A DNA stretch of 44,651 nt from Myxococcota bacterium (GCA_036337435.1 JAYZEG010000038.1:1-44651); one strand, 5' to 3'. Shown: positions 27,932 to 37,627, numbered from the stretch's first letter. Translations and numbers: made by a program. The notes: generated by a model not told the origin, from the letters alone.

Positions 27932-29311
27932 TTATTTAGGATTGGTTCGTGCTTGATCTAATGCAGACTCGATCATGCGTGTCCGCTCGCGCTCATGTTT
28001 CCAACGTTCCTGATACTCGGGCTGGAGTTGGTCGACCGGGTCAAAATACAAGAATTGCTGTCCTTGTTTAACTGCTGGTGCCGTGTAGACCGAGATGCCA
28101 CTCTTGCGATCGTAGTATTCATAACTATGGACCCCTCGTTTGCCACCGCCTCCTGGCGCATCAACAACGAAAGTGGGTGTGTTGAAACCGGCCGTGCTGC
28201 CCCGGATGTGCTTTTCAATATTGACAGCGGTTTGTACGGTTGTCCGCATATCTTCTCCACCTTGAACGAGGTCGTGAACATACACGTAATAGGGTTGGAC
28301 ATTGATATGACCGAGTCGCTTTACCAAGGTACCCATCTTATCGTTGGTGTCGTTTACACCCCGGAGTAAGACGGTTTGGTTTCTGACTTTTACACCCGCA
28401 TCGAAAAACCGGCGGAGCGCCCGAGCTGAAATCTCCGTAATTTCGTTGGCGTGATTAAAATGAGTGTGGAACGCGACTTCTTTGTACATGGACCGACCTA
28501 AGTCGCTAATTTCACTCACGGCACTAAACCAGGCGTCGTCTGTCAGTGCCTTTTGAGGCATCACGGCCAACCCCTTACTCGCGAAACGAATACGCCGAAT
28601 GTTTGGAATGTTGAGCAATTGAGTCCCGATTTCTTGGATCCAATCAGGGCGTAAGTTGTAGCTGTCGCCCCCGCTGATCACGATGTCCTCAAGCTCTGGT
28701 CTAGACGCCACGTAGTCAAAAACTTGGGCCCAACGTCGCTTATTGGCTTTCAGGCTGACTTTCTCTACACCGTCTGTGTCGACGCCGACCGCATAGGATC
28801 GGGTACAGAAACGGCAATAGACCGGGCACGTATCGATGACTAAGAAGAGTGCCTTATCCGGATACCGATGAGTCAGTCCAGGGAGGGGGGCATCCGCTTG
28901 TTCACCTAATGAATCGAGTCCCAGCTGTGGATGGTCCGGTAGGAAGCGGGAATCCACCGGAATAAATTGAATCCGAAGGGGGTCATCGAGCGGATTTGAC
29001 CAATCGATCAAACTCAGCAAATACGGACTGACTCGAACGGACATGGGCGCCCGCTGAAATCCTTTTTCACAATCTTCGATAAAACCGGGAGGCGCCAGAT
29101 CTTTGATGGCGTCTAACAGCCGATCCGCTTTGTGGATGGTCTTTTTTGTTTGCCAGCGATAATTGAGAAAGGTTTTCTCGTCAACGTTGGCATATTCTGG
29201 AATCCGCCTCCAAAATTCACCTCCCATCAAATCTTTGTACGCGAAGTGAGAGGACTCTACTGGTGGCTTTAGGGCCGGCGGTGTATTCAATACGTTGAGT
29301 AAATCGGTCAT
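27932..29311 (-). CDS. kamA: KamA family radical SAM protein (lysine 2,3-aminomutase-like)
   Basis: GLTHRYPDK, CPVYCRFCTR, SGGD, HFNH, NQTVLLRGVND, PYYVY, VVDAPGGGGK (PLP lysine). ATG 29311 preferred to the track start at 29359. Confidence 0.88.
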   Translation of the reverse strand: MTDLLNVLNTPPALKPPVESSHFAYKDLMGGEFWRRIPEYANVDEKTFLNYRWQTKKTIHKADRLLDAIKDLAPPGFIEDCEKGFQRAPMSVRVSPYLLSLIDWSNPLDDPLRIQFIPVDSRFLPDHPQLGLDSLGEQADAPLPGLTHRYPDKALFLVIDTCPVYCRFCTRSYAVGVDTDGVEKVSLKANKRRWAQVFDYVASRPELEDIVISGGDSYNLRPDWIQEIGTQLLNIPNIRRIRFASKGLAVMPQKALTDDAWFSAVSEISDLGRSMYKEVAFHTHFNHANEITEISARALRRFFDAGVKVRNQTVLLRGVNDTNDKMGTLVKRLGHINVQPYYVYVHDLVQGGEDMRTTVQTAVNIEKHIRGSTAGFNTPTFVVDAPGGGGKRGVHSYEYYDRKSGISVYTAPAVKQGQQFLYFDPVDQLQPEYQERWKHERERTRMIESALDQARTNPK

Positions 29312-29722
29312 GTGAAACCCCAAATGTCTTCGAAACGGCCAGCAAGGCTGGCCAGGCACAGTAGTCTAGTGTAGACGGACCGCGGTCCGCGTCAGTTACC
29401 GGTCACATCCGGCTGATGGGGTACTGTACCATGAAGAAACCACATATAACTAACGTAGCATTTCAGGGTGGGGTTCGTCAATCCAGGTCGGTACGAATTG
29501 AGTTTGATCGTCCATCTGGTGCAGCCACGAAATGAGGTCTACGCGGGTGGGGTAGACCGGCGCCCAGGCTGTGCCTGCTTTGGGTCAACAGTCATCCTTT
29601 CAATCCGATGATATCGGTCAGAAACTTAAAAGTACTCGCTCATATTTCCGACGGGTTCAAACTCGGATAATCTTTGGGCTCCGAGCGAATGGTCCAAGAA
29701 ATTTCGAAAACCTACTGAGTCG

Positions 29723-30613
29723 ATGGAACGCATGAGCACGAGTCAGCACACAAAACACCCAGCGTGGGTCTTCTTTAGCGTATTGTTTGGTGTATCGGTC
29801 GCCCGTGCGGGTGCTGGCGGTACCGAAGGGGCGGATAGCACTTTGCTGTTTTATCTGATTTTTCTACCCTTGATATTGGGCTACGCTGCCTACGTTTCAA
29901 TTATGAAATTCTATGCGACTCGCGCGGCTAAAGCTGTTCTCGCGCGTGCGGCCGAGAGAGATCCGGTTTGGGATCCGTCCCATCTTGTCCAGCGGACACG
30001 AATCGTCTTTGTAAAGATTCAGAACAGTTGGTCGCGAAATGATGCAGATGCAGCTCTACCCTTACTTCATCCCGACTACCGTCATGAATTTTCAGAATTG
30101 GTCGCCAACAATCTGCAATCGGGTGTGACCAATTTGGTCTCCAACATCAAGCTCGACCAGGTCGACGTGGTTGTCGCTCGAGATGATGCGGATAACGACC
30201 AGGACATGTTTGTCGCCCATATCACCGGAACCATGGACGATTCATTACACGCGAACGATGGTGCACTTTTAAAAACGCAGGGCGATAGAAAAAACAAGGC
30301 AGAACGACAGATCGACGAATATTGGCGCTTTCAACGCTCAGGTGATGATTGGCTACTCAGGCAGATTAGTCCGCATGATGATGTCTTAGATGATGAGATC
30401 AGTATTGATGCCGAGACCTTGGCTGAAAGACATTCCTGCGCTGCCGATTTGAGGGCGGCTGTGGACCATGCTGAGCAACAGGAACGGCAAACTCAGGCTC
30501 GTTATAAACGCATTGCATGGTGTGCTGGCTGGGCCATTGTTGGGATGGGTTATTATCTATATTTTCTCTTTTTTCGAGGTGCATGGCGTATGCTGACGGA
30601 GCTTATCTTCTAG
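29723..30613 (+). CDS. Membrane protein with a Tim44-like domain
   Basis: N-terminal signal/TM segments, DPVW...FVKIQNSW, ITGTMDD, DEYWRFQRSGDDWLL pattern, C-terminal TM. Confidence 0.7.
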   Translation: MERMSTSQHTKHPAWVFFSVLFGVSVARAGAGGTEGADSTLLFYLIFLPLILGYAAYVSIMKFYATRAAKAVLARAAERDPVWDPSHLVQRTRIVFVKIQNSWSRNDADAALPLLHPDYRHEFSELVANNLQSGVTNLVSNIKLDQVDVVVARDDADNDQDMFVAHITGTMDDSLHANDGALLKTQGDRKNKAERQIDEYWRFQRSGDDWLLRQISPHDDVLDDEISIDAETLAERHSCAADLRAAVDHAEQQERQTQARYKRIAWCAGWAIVGMGYYLYFLFFRGAWRMLTELIF

Positions 30614-30687
30614 GGGCAGGTGTCGACGGTTCTTGATACGCACGTTGTGCGAAGACTCATGGATGACGCCATGGCTCCCAACTTGAA

Positions 30688-31518
30688 TCAATCGGGCGTG
30701 CGACGCGCATCATCGTCTCTCTCGCCTGATAAAAATGAGATGACCTGTTCATGGGCCATTCCTGGAACCATGCAATGTCCGATTTCTCGACCGAAATGAG
30801 GGTTTTCGTTCCGGTCGTAGAAAACGTCGTTTGGAAAGGCAGAGTAATCGTAGTCAGCGCAATCTTGTGCTGTCGAGCAGATTGGAGCAAAGCCCAAATA
30901 GGGACCCAAGGGAGAATGGCGTGAGCAATCGTTTGGTGGTGCGATACTGTGTCTGAATGCACGTACAGAATAGACATTTTCCGGGACGACCATTCGGCTC
31001 GCTGAAAAGGGCTGAAAGGCATCGAGGAGCACAGCCTTGGCAATGTTCTTGTGGCTATCGGGTATCTGCCGATCCTGATGCAGGTGATGGGCGACCGACA
31101 GAGCATTGACTCCACCCCAAGAAAAACCGATGAGCCTGATTTCGCACACGGGGTCATCTTGGTCGATGATGCCATCGTTATTTCGGTCAATGGCCTCAGT
31201 TAAGGCAGGATAGACACTCAAAAGCGGAAATTGTAGAAAACTATCAAAGGTCTGATTACAGGTGCCATCCTGGCAATCATAGACGATTCCATCAATGCGC
31301 TCATCTTCACAGAGGATACGGAACGCGTCATTAGACGGCGTCCTATGATCCATTGCGCCGGTGAGACAAATGGTAATGCGACATGAATCGAGCCTGTGTG
31401 GGTCATCTGCTTTACCGGCTTGGCCGTGATTCGGTTCGTCATAGACCAACGTTTGCTGTTCACTTAGGTCTCCCGAACTACACCCGACAAGCAGTATAAC
31501 CAACGCAACATATCTCAT
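30688..31518 (-). CDS. Lipoprotein with alpha/beta-hydrolase-like nucleophile elbow
   Basis: MRYVALVILLVG-C lipobox, GKAD motif, EF-hand-like DRNNDGIID, IGFSWGG (GxSxG), LLDA, late GH. Confidence 0.75.
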   Translation of the reverse strand: MRYVALVILLVGCSSGDLSEQQTLVYDEPNHGQAGKADDPHRLDSCRITICLTGAMDHRTPSNDAFRILCEDERIDGIVYDCQDGTCNQTFDSFLQFPLLSVYPALTEAIDRNNDGIIDQDDPVCEIRLIGFSWGGVNALSVAHHLHQDRQIPDSHKNIAKAVLLDAFQPFSASRMVVPENVYSVRAFRHSIAPPNDCSRHSPLGPYLGFAPICSTAQDCADYDYSAFPNDVFYDRNENPHFGREIGHCMVPGMAHEQVISFLSGERDDDARRTPD

Positions 31519-31687
31519 TTCTTTGTCACGACCGCCCCCACCATCAGTACTTAAGAGTGCATCGGCACCGATGAAGTGTCAAATCAGGAACAGACGAACA
31601 TGAGATTTTAAACGTCCTTTCTCCAATGACTGGGCAGTTGCGTCCACGGACCAAAACCAGTTAACGGTCGCTTTCCGTGGTTTTTTG

Positions 31688-33139
31688 TCAAGGTTCGCAG
31701 CCTGAACTGTAATCCCCACTGCATCGGCTGCAGTCGCGGGGATCTAAATTATAGGTCTGCCAAATTTCATCGCGACAAAATTGAGAAACAACCGTCTCAA
31801 AACGGCGACTGCAGCCACAGCGCCAGGTGTTCTCTACCACGCCCTGACACGACTCGCCGTGTCGGGTCACAGGCAAGGTTGGGTCTGCGCAAACGCCGTC
31901 ATTGGAGTTCATTCCCGGCCTTGTGCGGCTCTCTGCAGCATCGGTCCGTGTACGGTCAGTGGGAACACAAACCCCGGTGTTCCGATGGTTGGCTTGGCTC
32001 TGGTCAATGAACCGTGGCTGGTTTTCAGCGGAGAACCCAACCCAATCATCGCAGTGTCTGTTTTCGGTATCAGCCTGGGCGAGACAGAGTCCAACTCCCG
32101 GGAGTCCAAGTGCGGTTGCGTCAGTACAAAATGTCATTGCAAAGCCATTTCGATCGGGACAAAAACCGTCACAGCTCAGGGTGCACACACCCAGTTGACT
32201 CCCGTCGGGCTTGACGCAGCTGGGCGCCAGTCCCGAGACTGTAAATTCGCAGTTTGAATCCATCAAACATGGCGTGCCCAGCCAGGCGGCAGACCGCGTT
32301 GACGGCTGCCTTTGCGGCTCTGGACCGCCCGCTGATTCGTCTGTTTCAGGCACATGGGATTCTGATTTTGAAGAGTCGTTAAGATCAGACCTGTCTGGGT
32401 CGGGCGGACCATCCGCGGTTTCACTGGGTGGCGTGGGGTGGTGGGATTGACCAGACGAGTCCGGAGCTGGTGCCCGCGACTGATTGTCGTTGCCTTCGTA
32501 AAAGAATGGCGTTTGCTTCCTCGCCCCCGCCCAGTTCAGTTCGAGGTGGATGTGGTCATGATGAGGATGCTTTTTGCGATAACAATTTGCCTGGTTGTCA
32601 CGCGAGTTCCAAATTGTTCGGTCCCAAATAATCTGTTGGATCCCAATTTGAGTGGCGTTTTCAAGGAGCCAATTGGCGATCCGATCCCCCTTCGAATTGT
32701 CTGCCTTACCATTTCGAGTCGGAATAAAAACATCGATGGCCCGACCTTCTGCATGTACAGAAAGCGTTCGAGACCCCTGCACTTTACGACAATTGAATAT
32801 CTGTATACCGCGTCCAACTATCCGTTGATTCATATGTTGGCCAAAGCGGGTTCGAATATAATCACCGAGCGCACGCGCGCCGCTCTGTGGTCCATCGAGA
32901 CATCGAGCACCAACCCAGCTAAATGACACTTGTTGTGCTCGTGCCTGCTGATCATCGGCAGGCCAGCGCGTCGAACAGTCGACCTGACCATGACTCTTCT
33001 GCGTCCCATCATCGAGGTCATGGGTCCAATGGGGGTGGGTTGGATCTGACAAAAGATCCGTCGACGCATCGTCTAGTTGCCATTCGGATGCGCAGCCCAA
33101 GAAAATCAACAGCATTACCGGTCGGTATATCCAATTCAC
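31688..33139 (-). CDS. Lipoprotein with an M15/LAS-type zinc peptidase-like domain and Cys-rich C-terminal modules
   Basis: GTG 33139 with GGGAG upstream, LLIFLG-C lipobox, SVHAEGRAID (HxxxxxxD), IIWDRTIW, HHDHIH (HxH), Pro/Ser linker, multi-Cys tail. Confidence 0.78.
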   Translation of the reverse strand: MNWIYRPVMLLIFLGCASEWQLDDASTDLLSDPTHPHWTHDLDDGTQKSHGQVDCSTRWPADDQQARAQQVSFSWVGARCLDGPQSGARALGDYIRTRFGQHMNQRIVGRGIQIFNCRKVQGSRTLSVHAEGRAIDVFIPTRNGKADNSKGDRIANWLLENATQIGIQQIIWDRTIWNSRDNQANCYRKKHPHHDHIHLELNWAGARKQTPFFYEGNDNQSRAPAPDSSGQSHHPTPPSETADGPPDPDRSDLNDSSKSESHVPETDESAGGPEPQRQPSTRSAAWLGTPCLMDSNCEFTVSGLAPSCVKPDGSQLGVCTLSCDGFCPDRNGFAMTFCTDATALGLPGVGLCLAQADTENRHCDDWVGFSAENQPRFIDQSQANHRNTGVCVPTDRTRTDAAESRTRPGMNSNDGVCADPTLPVTRHGESCQGVVENTWRCGCSRRFETVVSQFCRDEIWQTYNLDPRDCSRCSGDYSSGCEP

Positions 33140-33385
33140 ATCGCTCCCTCCGAGTCGTCCTGGATAAGACAGATAGCAACTCCTGTGCCTGTTTGAATTG
33201 AGGCTAGCTGACGTTCTCTCACAAACAATGTGTGCTCTCTGTGTCTCGATTCGATGACTCGGACGTCTCGTCATGTCACAGACTTCGGTCGATTTTAAGC
33301 CGTCAGGGTCTTTTCGAGCCGTCGGTGTTCTGCTCTATCCCTCAGTTTTTATGTTAGCCTAGACGCCCATGGTCTCATTACGGAC

Positions 33386-34453
33386 GTGCTCATGCCTATC
33401 AAGACAGTTCACCCGCTCTATTTGATGATGATTTCATTGGTCTGTTTGCCTGGATGCTCGACGCCAAAAACAGACGTACCGGAGCTCGATGCATCGACTG
33501 TGTCTCAGCGGCTAGACCTTGGTTCCGACTTTGTCTCAGACCGTGGGCAAACCAGCTTAGATATGCGGTCAGCCGAGGATGATGGGGGAGAGTTTGATGC
33601 AGGTCTTGAGACTGATGCAGGTCTCCCCACTGATGCGGAGCGTCAGACCGACACGGGTCGCCAGTCAGGCCTTGATTTGGGTAAGAGTTACAAGCGAGGC
33701 ATTGCCTTTGGGTTTGAGAGCCCCGGTGACTTCGGTGCAATTTCAGCAGGTGTTTCATGGTGGTACAATTGGTCCCCCCGATACAATCAGGCCGTTGCCA
33801 ATCTATACGTAGATCATCAAATGGATTGGGTTCCGATGACGTGGAACGGAAACAACCCCGATGAGATAAGGGCTTTTCTACAAGTCCATCCCAACGTGAA
33901 ATATTTATTGACCTACAATGAGCCGAACTTTAGTGACCAAGCCAATATGACCCCCGCTTACGCAGCGTCGATTTGGCCAGTTTTCGAGGACATAGCAGAT
34001 GAGTTTCAGGTCAAGTTGGTCGGGCCCGCTGTCAATTTCTGCGGTGGCTGTGTCGTGATCGACGGTGAGCCAGTTGACAGCGACTATGTTGTTTGGATGG
34101 ACCTTTTTTTTGAGGCGTTTCGTGCTCAGTTCGGGCGAGAACCAAAAATGGATTTTACCGCACTACATTGGTACGACTTCGGGATTCAAGACCAGGTAGA
34201 GCGCATGGTTTCCCGGTACCAAAAACCGGTTTGGGTCACGGAGTTTGCTCTTTGGCGCAGCGAAGATTGGAACACCGATGAGTTTGAACGTAATTGGTTG
34301 CTAGAGACGGTCGCGTTCTTGGAACAACACCCCATGGTCTATCGTTATGCTTGGTTTACGGGCAGACGACCAGATTTTCCTAAGATTAATCTATTTGCCG
34401 GTGATGGAGAGTTAACTCCACTGGGTCGAGCCTATATCGAGGCACCCTATTAA
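33386..34453 (+). CDS. Glycoside hydrolase family 128-like (putative beta-1,3-glucanase) lipoprotein
   Basis: CLPG-C lipobox, acidic linker, KRGIA, SWWYNW, VPMTW, YNEPN (acid/base), HWY, PVWVTEF (nucleophile), RYAWF. Start may be ATG 33392. Confidence 0.87.
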   Translation: MLMPIKTVHPLYLMMISLVCLPGCSTPKTDVPELDASTVSQRLDLGSDFVSDRGQTSLDMRSAEDDGGEFDAGLETDAGLPTDAERQTDTGRQSGLDLGKSYKRGIAFGFESPGDFGAISAGVSWWYNWSPRYNQAVANLYVDHQMDWVPMTWNGNNPDEIRAFLQVHPNVKYLLTYNEPNFSDQANMTPAYAASIWPVFEDIADEFQVKLVGPAVNFCGGCVVIDGEPVDSDYVVWMDLFFEAFRAQFGREPKMDFTALHWYDFGIQDQVERMVSRYQKPVWVTEFALWRSEDWNTDEFERNWLLETVAFLEQHPMVYRYAWFTGRRPDFPKINLFAGDGELTPLGRAYIEAPY

Positions 34454-34645
34454 GCCCGCTCTCGAGTATCCGCACAGCCAAGCTGCATCCGATGGACGTC
34501 AGGACAAGTGCTCAACGGTCATGGCATGCCAGTCCCATCCAACGACAGACGTTTTATCATCAGAGCTGTGCCATGGGCGATTATGGTTTCGCTATTGTTT
34601 ACCAAGGCATTTTAATCTCTAATGACCCTATGGAGGAGGTTGAAA

Positions 34646-36190
34646 ATGAACGTACGAATCAAATTAAAGAAAAGCAGTCTCATCCCGCTTTTGACCGGTT
34701 TCACTTTGATCTCGTTGTTGGCCATTCCGGCCTATGCTGATGGGCCGAGTTTTCGTCGCGCACTCATACAGCAGTCGGACACTGGTAAATGCTTGACGGC
34801 CAAGAAATCTAAAAAAATCTATGTGCGGCGCTGCGCTGACAAAAAAATGGCCAAACGGGGTGGCAAAGCTCAACGATGGACTTTGAAGCGAAACGGTCAG
34901 TTATTTGTCAGCGAATCTGGCAAATGCCTTCAGCCCAAGAAGGGGAAGGTCAAGAAAGGCAAGGAGCTTGTTCTCGGCAAGTGCAATTCAAAAAATAAAC
35001 GTCAGCTCTGGGACATAAAGAATGGCCGAATTGTCCATCGGAAATCGGGACTCTGTATCGAAGGGCGTGGTAAGAAATTACTCGAAGATAATGATGTCGA
35101 ACTGTTCAAATGTAAGAAGAAAGACAAGACCCAAATTTGGGCGGTTTATGGACAACGAATCGGTGCTTTCAAGAAAGTGAAGTCATGCGACGTGCCGACG
35201 GATAAGAGACTCAATGACGTTTTCTTGACGCGGGCTCACAATGCATACGAAAGCAAGCACTTCAGACGCTTCAAAGATGCCGTAAATAAATGGGACGTGG
35301 TCGAAATCGATCTGACGCCTGCGAAGTCCGGTGTCTGGGTTTCCCACGCGCACAATCGCCATGAAAATAACTGTGGAAAAAAAGGCAACGCAAACTTCAA
35401 AACATGTCTTCGAGATTTGCGGTCTTGGCATAATAAAAATCCACGGCATCGCCCAAAATTGGTCGTTCTCAACTTGAAGTTGAGCTACACAGCGCTCCCT
35501 AAGAAATTTAAAGAAAAGCACATGGCCGCGTTTGAAAAGAGCATTTACTCGGTCATTGGAAAGAACAACCTCTACCGGCCTGTCGACCGCAGAGGGACAC
35601 ATCCCAATCTTCAGCAAGCATTGCGAAAATCAGCTTGGCCGACATTGAATGAATTGCGAGGGAAATTCATCTTTCTAGTCAACGCAGGCCCTGCACTTCC
35701 TCCGACAGCACATGCCAACAAGACACTCAACCGGTATATTGAAAAATTTGGGTATCAGGCCGCAGCCTTTGCGTGTCCATTCCCTCGAGATGCAGATGAC
35801 TTAGTGAACCCAAAGAAGTGGAAGTACATCGAAGACAACGCGCGTCATGTGGCCTGTCTCACAGTCCAATTTGATGAGGACAAAGGGCTCAAAAAGATTT
35901 TCAGCAGTCAGACGGCGAGACAGCGTGCTCGCAGCATGTTGATGGATATTTGGAATCCTGTCGGTATCGCCGAAAGCATGTTTCGGACGCCATGTGTCAA
36001 AAAAGGGAGTGCCTGCGCAGATGATCCACGGGGTTTCAATACACTTGTTAAATCGGGTGCATCGACTATCGGTACTAATTTTCCCGAATCGGCTCAATGG
36101 GCGAGAAATGGGCGGCGAGGGATGACCAAATGCATCTGGAATCGTGGGCGGCCGAAGCACGGTATTTTTAAAGAGTCAAAGAAGAAATAA
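34646..36190 (+). CDS. Secreted ricin-B lectin + PI-PLC X-domain (phospholipase C-like) protein
   Basis: GGAGGAGG before ATG 34646. Signal peptide ending AYA. Three (S/T)GxC...C...QxW ricin subdomains. RAHNAYE, VEIDL, CLRDLRSWH...HRP, WPTLNELRGKFIF. Confidence 0.83.
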   Translation: MNVRIKLKKSSLIPLLTGFTLISLLAIPAYADGPSFRRALIQQSDTGKCLTAKKSKKIYVRRCADKKMAKRGGKAQRWTLKRNGQLFVSESGKCLQPKKGKVKKGKELVLGKCNSKNKRQLWDIKNGRIVHRKSGLCIEGRGKKLLEDNDVELFKCKKKDKTQIWAVYGQRIGAFKKVKSCDVPTDKRLNDVFLTRAHNAYESKHFRRFKDAVNKWDVVEIDLTPAKSGVWVSHAHNRHENNCGKKGNANFKTCLRDLRSWHNKNPRHRPKLVVLNLKLSYTALPKKFKEKHMAAFEKSIYSVIGKNNLYRPVDRRGTHPNLQQALRKSAWPTLNELRGKFIFLVNAGPALPPTAHANKTLNRYIEKFGYQAAAFACPFPRDADDLVNPKKWKYIEDNARHVACLTVQFDEDKGLKKIFSSQTARQRARSMLMDIWNPVGIAESMFRTPCVKKGSACADDPRGFNTLVKSGASTIGTNFPESAQWARNGRRGMTKCIWNRGRPKHGIFKESKKK

Positions 36191-36446
36191 GGCCGTCGAT
36201 GTGGTCTGGCGGCCTAGCTTTGATGAAGAGCATCCGCAGGGCAATGGGGCTTAATGGTGAGCCGGGAATGCTCTTCGTCACCGTCTGACGCCAGATATAG
36301 CGGCTTTGCCCAGCTCGAACTAAACCCTTAGGTTGAGTCGGTAATCAAGAAGATAGACAAATGGCGTGGACAAGAGCGAGGCTCGTCGGATGCGCACAGC
36401 TTTTGGTACCCACGCTCGACCCACTGAGTCGAGCGTAGACGACCAT

Positions 36447-37061
36447 TTACATGCGACTTGCGTAGTATTCGATAACCTGCTGGATATCGATCGGGAATGG
36501 AACCGTCTCAGCGTCTGCATCAGAGACAACCTTGACGGTTTTCTCAGCGAGATCGAAGGACAACCAAGTCGGAATCTCCAGTGAAGGACGCTCCAAGGCG
36601 TCGACAACAATCTGAAGCTTCTGGCTCTTCTCACGCAGCTGAATGACATCACCCGCGCCAACCAAAGCAGACGGAATGTCTGTCTTCCGGCCGTTGAGTA
36701 GGAAATGACCGTGATTGACCAGCTGTCGTGCAGCTGGAATCGTTGGTGCGAATCCGGCTCGAAAGACCACATTATCCAGACGAGACTCGAGTAATTCCAG
36801 CAGTCGCGTGCCGGTATTGACCTTTGAACGACGTGCCTTCTTTACGTTGATACGCATTTGGCGCTCTGTCAGTCCGTAGTTCATTTTCAGCTTCTGCTTC
36901 TCTTTGAGCTGAATACCGAAAACCGATTGTCGGCCACGTTTGTTGCCGCCATGGTCACCCGGTGGATACGGTCTACGGTCGATGGTTTTTCTCGACAAAC
37001 CTGGTAAATCTACACCCAGAGCTCGCATCACGCGGACTCGGGGGCCTGTGTATCTAGACAT
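36447..37061 (-). CDS. rpsD: 30S ribosomal protein S4 (stand-alone, zinc-ribbon-less)
   Basis: MSRYTGPR, PPGDHG, QLKEKQK, LESRLDNVVFRAGFA, ARQLVNHGH, VIEYYASR. Confidence 0.96.
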   Translation of the reverse strand: MSRYTGPRVRVMRALGVDLPGLSRKTIDRRPYPPGDHGGNKRGRQSVFGIQLKEKQKLKMNYGLTERQMRINVKKARRSKVNTGTRLLELLESRLDNVVFRAGFAPTIPAARQLVNHGHFLLNGRKTDIPSALVGAGDVIQLREKSQKLQIVVDALERPSLEIPTWLSFDLAEKTVKVVSDADAETVPFPIDIQQVIEYYASRM

Positions 37062-37078
37062 GTGCTAGACCCTTTCTT

Positions 37079-37234
37079 CATTGCCTCTCCCGGGAAAGCG
37101 TGATGCTTAGCCATGGTGGCAATGTCCATTTATCATTGAGCGGCCTGATGTCCATTGTCTTTGGACCCAGCCCGACTCACCGTCTTTTCATCAACCTCCC
37201 AGCGGCCCTGTTGGAACGCTGGAGTTTTCGGTGA
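37079..37234 (-). promoter_or_regulatory. Candidate structured 5' leader of rpsD
   Basis: Nested inverted repeats TCACCG/CGGTGA enclosing CTCCAGCG/CGCTGG(G)AG. Second stem CATTGCC/GGCAATG. AATGGACAT occurs twice. Confidence 0.35.
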
Positions 37235-37251
37235 CGCACCTTATAGTACGA

Positions 37252-37268
37252 CGCAACCCAAATGCCAA
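37252..37268 (-). promoter_or_regulatory. Sigma54-like -24/-12 promoter upstream of rpsD
   Basis: Minus strand TTGGCATTTGGGTTGCG, exact GG-N10-GC spacing. It can also be read as sigma70 TTGGCA-N17-TATAAG. Confidence 0.5.
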
Positions 37269-37429
37269 ATTCCGAAATCCGCTGCCGACAGTGTCACACC
37301 GCTGAACAACTAAGCGGATGTGCGTCGGTCGATGCCAGGCTGACATAAATTGCCTCACAGCGTTGCGTATGATGCATGCGCCTCGTACAGCGCGCTGCAA
37401 CAGCTCGAACTGACTTTGGTCGGACGCTT

Positions 37430-37627
37430 TTACATGATGTCGTCGAAAGGATCAATATCATTCTGGCTGATTTCGTTCATTACTTCGGACTCTTCACCGC
37501 GGATCCTGACGCCTTCGTCGGACAATGAATGCCTTGGCGTTGCACAGACTGCTTTTTCAACTGACCATGGAGGCACCAAGGGGCTCCAAACTGAACTCGA
37601 TGTCCTCTTGACGATTCCCGATCCCAT
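37430..37627 (-). CDS. Possible small hypothetical protein (65 aa)
   Basis: GGAGAG then ATG 37627, just downstream of the sulfatase stop. Acidic C-terminus EESEVMNEISQNDIDPFDDIM. No recognisable family. Confidence 0.3.
   Translation of the reverse strand: MGSGIVKRTSSSVWSPLVPPWSVEKAVCATPRHSLSDEGVRIRGEESEVMNEISQNDIDPFDDIM

Noticed and set aside
29640..29690. GGTTCAAA here (and GTTCGAAT near 5011) as tRNA T-loops
   Set aside because: The flanks do not form a T-stem, acceptor stem or cloverleaf.
36320..36772. 150-aa overlapping ORFs at 36320-36772 and 39275-39727, and similar shadow ORFs inside thrS, xdhB, gdh and hppD
   Set aside because: They overlap confidently identified genes in other frames or strands and show no motifs or RBS.
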